The position numbers were made by a program, and so were the translations under genes. Source: Macrostomum lignano (taxonomy: Eukaryota). Taken from it: a stretch of 64,000 nucleotides of DNA. Below, piece by piece: positions 59,944 through 64,000 of the stretch. Under the pieces are notes generated by a model. That model worked only from the letters and a program-made list of their open reading frames with translations. It searched no databases and was not told where the DNA came from. How positions within the stretch are numbered: position 1 is the stretch's first letter; every line of letters starts with the position of its first letter. The stretch spans positions 1 through 64,000 of the forward strand of contig NIVC01002417.1 of NCBI GenBank assembly GCA_002269645.1, in the 5' to 3' direction.

Positions 59944-61643
59944 TTAATCGTCACTGTAGTCGGAAGGACACCGAAACTCATCGTCACTCGACCCCATCAA
60001 ATCATCCATTTCTCGAACAGCTCTGTTTACATTCGCACTGCGGCGCTTTGCTGCCCTCTGCTGCTGAGTAGGAGCTGGCCGCTTCTGGGCCCGCTGCGGC
60101 GTAGCAGATGTGGTGGCCTGCGAAAGCCCGCTGGCTTGTGGAGTCGAGGCTGCGCTTCTTGCGCTGATTGAATTTGATGGCGTCATGGCACCGATTGTGT
60201 TGCGGCGATGCGACCGCCCCGAGATTCGGTCAGCTCCGTGCCTCAGGTACTGCCGCACTTGGCTAGCGACCAGATCCTGAGACGGCCTGCCGTCCTCCGC
60301 TCTGGTGCCGTAAATTGCTGAGACGGCATCTGAATTCCAGCCAGTATGTTGATTATCTGCTGCTGGCTTTCCTCCAGTTTCATTGTCCGCTGGACCAGCT
60401 CTCGCAGCTGAGATACATGGAGGAATACGAGGCCGTCAGCGGAATTTAAGGGCATTGGCGCAATAGACTGAAGCTGTTCTTGCAGCCTCTTGATTGGGCC
60501 CGGCCCGAACTGCAAGCGGACTGGCCGATCGTCTGTGCCAGCAGCAGGTGTGCCAGCATCAGCAGCAGTGCTCAGTAGAGTTTTTTGAATCGTCGACGCC
60601 TCTGCAGCTGCCTTTGCCGCTTCCGCTTTTGCCACTGCCGCCTTCGCTGCTGCCGCCTTCGCCGCCGCCGCCTGTGCTGCTTTTGCCGCTGCCGCTTCCG
60701 CCGCTGCCGCTTCCGCCGCTGCCGCTTCCGCCGCTATCGCTTCGGCCGCTGCCGCTTCCGCCGCTGCCGCTTCCGCCGCTGCCCTTTCGGCCGCTGCCGC
60801 TTCCGCCGCTGCCGCTTCCGCCGCTGCCGCTTCGGGCGCTGCCGCTTCTGCCGCTAAAGCCTCCGCAGCTGCGGCTGTGGAGGCCGCACTTTTAGAGGCT
60901 TCGATCTCTTTCGCTGCCGCAACCGCTGCTGGGGTCTCTGCGTTTCTAGCAGCAGCAAATGCCGGTGGAAGTGGCGGCAATGCAGAGCCTTTCGAAATCG
61001 TCGAATTCGTCGTGGCAACAAATTCAGCATCAGACTCCGGATCGCTTTGAAAGAAATCATCCGTGTTTGAGGCTGATCCAGTTGCCTCATTCTAAATAGG
61101 AGGATGTGGAAGGCAAACTACTCACTGAACCACTCATCCACTGACTCACCCACATACTGACCCACTAGTTGACTTGGAATAACAGCTTACCCTTATTTGA
61201 TAACGGCTGCGGGCCCTTCTCCAATCTTCGCGGGTGAAGACGCGTGGCTGCACTTTCTCTAGTACATCGGCTAGCCGCTTCTTCTTCCTAATTAATTCTC
61301 TTGCGTAGCTGAAGCTGCTGGCCTCCAGACAGTCTTCCATAATAACCTAAAATGATTTGTAGGTTATTTCTTGAATTTTTATGCATCAATTTCATTAGTT
61401 CATTTTTTTTAAAATCACCGTAATCAGAAAATCAATAAAATATTGTTAAATTCTTACCTGAACAATGTAAGCTTCGTAATACTTTTCGTTGTACAGCACT
61501 TCACATTTCCATTTTAATGTACAATGGCTCCTATCGAGCCACTCCTGCTCTGTCAGATTTTTTAGATGTGAAGGCAGAATCACATCCTCTTCCATCATCT
61601 CAACTACTTGTCTGTCAATTGCAAAAACAACTAAAAATTTCAT
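59944..61643 (-). CDS. Second (accessory) gene of the CACTA element; exons 61643-61458, 61346-61191, 61091-60243, with a frameshifted tail to 59944
   Basis: Phase-0 GT-AG junctions join MKFLVVFAIDRQVVE... to VIMEDCLE... to NEATGSAS.... Then come an (EAAAA)n tract and a coiled-coil-like segment. The -1 frame tail DAVSAIYG...VRQYLRHGADRISGR resembles the C-terminal motif of DUF4806-type accessory proteins (from recall). Confidence 0.65.
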
Positions 61644-61779
61644 TTTTAAACTTAAAAAATGATTTTTTGGATTGACAAAGCACGCAGATCGCACGACAAT
61701 TGCACGGGGGAAGGTAGTAGAGCAGTTGGAAGTTAAGAAGACAAGTCATAGTTTCAAATATCGGGGTGGCAGTGGCACC

Positions 61780-61870
61780 ATTCAGCAAATTAGCCAATGG
61801 GATCCGATTGCGGTTGGCCCGCCCTTTCGCTGGATTGGCTAAGCGCTCAGTGCGGGCGATGGCAGAGTGT
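61780..61870. promoter_or_regulatory. Putative bidirectional promoter of the CACTA element
   Basis: In the 330-bp gap between the two divergent ATGs there is one CCAAT (tagccaatgg), one ATTGG (ggattggct), a variant gcggttggc and a GC box (cccgccc). Confidence 0.5.
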
Positions 61871-61973
61871 TGGTGTTGTTCATCTTACAATTTTGATTAG
61901 AAATTCTTGATCATTCAAATTTGATTATTTGTTTAAAATTTTATTGAACGAAACGGAAACGTAATTATACGTC

Positions 61974-63938
61974 ATGGCATCAAGGAGCAAACGAAGAAGA
62001 GCGGATGATTTCCTAATGACTAGGTTTCTCCGGGACGATGTCGGCTATGGCAAAGCAATGCCTGAAGCTAGCCCTGTAGAAGTTGATGTCACGGAGGAGC
62101 CGACAGAAACTGCTGAAGTTGAGGAAGAAGAAGCTGGCTTTGATGAGCTTCGGTCGTTGAGCAGCACTGACGATGAAGAGGAAGAGAAACCCCAGGATAT
62201 TCGCTCAACAGAGAAGAAACTGCTGGACTTGCTGGTCAGTTTCTTCACCATCTTTGGCTATTCCAGACCAGCGGCTATTTTCCTACTGGCCGGACTTCGT
62301 GCGATTGATTTGCCAGCACCTAACTATAAAACAGTCGAGCGAATTCTGAAAGAAGATCAACCCACTGGAAAGACAACTCCAATGGGCAATGGACACTTCC
62401 GGTATGTGTCGATTCTTGATAACCTGCAGTTGCTGCTCAGCCAAGGTCTGCTGCGACTGATGCCCGAGAATGAGCACCGTGATGATCAAAGTTCCACTCC
62501 TAAAGTGTTTAAGTTCGAAGGAATCGTCAATTGCGATGGTTTACCACTCTACCATTCGAGTGGATTCGGACTGTGGCCTATTTTAATGAAAATTCCTGGC
62601 GCATTCGCAAAGCCTTTTCCGGTGGGAGTTTGGGCCGGCGTTGGAAAACCTCCACTTTTGCCCTACCTTCAAGAATTTTGCCAAGAGGCCACAAAATTTC
62701 TTTCTGGTCCTGTCACAATTAGTAAAGACGTCTCCATTACTCTATCAACAATTTATTTCGTTTGCGACGCCCCCGCCCGAGCATTTTTAATGGCAACCTT
62801 GAATCACAACTCCTATCATGGCTGCAGCTATTGCCGAGCGGTAGGGCCTCGTGTTGCAAACCGTGTGACTTATGCACTGACGGCTGGAGAAAGCCGCTGC
62901 GGAAAGATCTATCGCGCAGGGATGGAGAGGAACCAGGAAACAAAAAGCAGGATTCGTTCTCCGCTACTGGATTTGCCGAGCATAGATTTTGTCACGTCTT
63001 TTCCTCTTGATTATCAGCATGCTGTTTGTCTTGGTGTTGTTCGCAAGCTAATGAACTTATACTTTGGCAAAGGACCAGCCGGTGAATGCAAGCTTAATCC
63101 GACACAGTTGCGCCGAATGTCGGATAAGATCACTTTGGTTGCTTCGTGGACACCGTCAGAGTTTCAGAGACGGCCTCGGCGAATTGATATAAACTTACAG
63201 TACATGAAAGCAACAGAATTTCGCCAATTTTTACTTTATTTGGGACCGATTCTGTTTCGAGGCTTCGTGCAGGAAAAATATATTAATCATTTCTTGCTTC
63301 TGCACTTTGCTCTATATGTCTACTCTGATAGGCGGCTGATCGACTTGTATGACCACGCTAAAAAATGTATTGAAGAATTCGTATTAAAAACAGCGGAACT
63401 TTTTGGACAGCAGTCCGTTAGTTATAACATTCATGCTTTGCTTCATTTAGATCAGTTCGTGCGGCAACACGCAGATATTAATTACTTCTCAACGTTTGCA
63501 TTTGAAAACTATCTGGGTGCAGTGAAGCGAAGCATTAAAGTCACAAGGCACCTTGCAGCCCATTGCGTCCAACAAGTTTTTAAGGTGAGAAAGCAAACGC
63601 TGCTTCAAAACCACAGCATTCCGGCACTAAGATACCGGCCGACAGCAGGTGACAACTGCTGTTTTGTCGATGAAACCTGCAATACGTGCGTCTACATCGA
63701 CAGCCTTTCAGCAAGTGGACTAGTTTCTGGCAGGATTCTTCTTCCCGAGAGTGACGTTTACTCGTACCCATACGAATCCCTCACGCTTGGAATTGGGATT
63801 TACCGCCTTACATCGATTGTCACTAGTGGTGTGCCGCAACGCAAATGCTGGATTTGGCCTTCAAAAAATCTGGATACCGAAGCAACTGACGCAGAAAGTC
63901 GTTTCCACGTTGTGCCTCTAACGGGCGACAGGGATTAG
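61974..63938 (+). CDS. EnSpm/CACTA-type (Tnp2-like) transposase, intact single-exon 654 aa
   Basis: Family motifs NCDGLPLY..S...LWPIL (D), FVCDAPARAF (D), HNSYHGCSYC, PLDYQHAVCLGVVRK, PSEFQRRPR, KATEFRQFLLY, SYNIHALLH, FAFENYL (E). Confidence 0.92.
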   Translation: MASRSKRRRADDFLMTRFLRDDVGYGKAMPEASPVEVDVTEEPTETAEVEEEEAGFDELRSLSSTDDEEEEKPQDIRSTEKKLLDLLVSFFTIFGYSRPAAIFLLAGLRAIDLPAPNYKTVERILKEDQPTGKTTPMGNGHFRYVSILDNLQLLLSQGLLRLMPENEHRDDQSSTPKVFKFEGIVNCDGLPLYHSSGFGLWPILMKIPGAFAKPFPVGVWAGVGKPPLLPYLQEFCQEATKFLSGPVTISKDVSITLSTIYFVCDAPARAFLMATLNHNSYHGCSYCRAVGPRVANRVTYALTAGESRCGKIYRAGMERNQETKSRIRSPLLDLPSIDFVTSFPLDYQHAVCLGVVRKLMNLYFGKGPAGECKLNPTQLRRMSDKITLVASWTPSEFQRRPRRIDINLQYMKATEFRQFLLYLGPILFRGFVQEKYINHFLLLHFALYVYSDRRLIDLYDHAKKCIEEFVLKTAELFGQQSVSYNIHALLHLDQFVRQHADINYFSTFAFENYLGAVKRSIKVTRHLAAHCVQQVFKVRKQTLLQNHSIPALRYRPTAGDNCCFVDETCNTCVYIDSLSASGLVSGRILLPESDVYSYPYESLTLGIGIYRLTSIVTSGVPQRKCWIWPSKNLDTEATDAESRFHVVPLTGDRD

Positions 63939-64000
63939 ATTAGATATGAACTGATTCGTAAGTCAATTTTAACCCAACGTTTTTTTTTCAAGGTTTCTAA

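Larger units (their letters stand above)
58960..64000 (+). mobile_element. EnSpm/CACTA (CMC superfamily) DNA transposon, left end at 58960, extends beyond the window
   Basis: Starts with CCCAGTGGGAC... exactly where the 12-bp array is interrupted; CCCAG-type termini are typical of animal EnSpm elements. GC-rich subterminal ccgccc repeats follow at 58975-59085. It contains the transposase and a divergent second gene. The right TIR is not in the window. Confidence 0.75.

Noticed and set aside
60494-60895. Pro-rich and Arg/Cys-rich ORFs on the + strand
   Set aside because: Antisense shadows of the (EAAAA)n coding repeat.

Overview
Eukaryotic (intron-containing, invertebrate-type) genomic DNA that is very rich in tandem repeats. 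The style resembles a free-living flatworm such as Macrostomum, but the species cannot be established from the sequence alone. No rRNA, intact tRNA or CRISPR array was found. Contents from left to right: (1) A minus-strand Mutator/NOF-like DDE transposase ORF (3321-5231), followed downstream on the same strand by a frameshifted ubiquitin-specific protease (USP/C19) domain (1397-2490). (2) About 15 kb of AT-rich DNA with minisatellites. (3) A histone stem-loop binding protein gene (SLBP, 22174-23805). (4) A nearly perfect 1903-bp tandem segmental repeat (2.4 copies). (5) A complete 6-exon HemK/PrmC glutamine methyltransferase gene (30917-36252, 297 aa). (6) A PLEKHG7-like DH-PH RhoGEF gene (about 37704-55971), whose DH-PH exons I spliced by hand with consistent phases. 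(7) The 3' part of a minus-strand GT32 (DxD) glycosyltransferase gene. (8) An EnSpm/CACTA-type transposon inserted in an intron of that gene at 58960. It has an intact 654-aa transposase and a divergently transcribed second gene, and it runs off the window end. Most long introns hold their own distinct minisatellite. The most striking structure is that two small RhoGEF exons each sit in the loop between a pair of mutually inverted minisatellite arrays. Most long ORFs in the supplied track are translations of tandem repeats, not genes.
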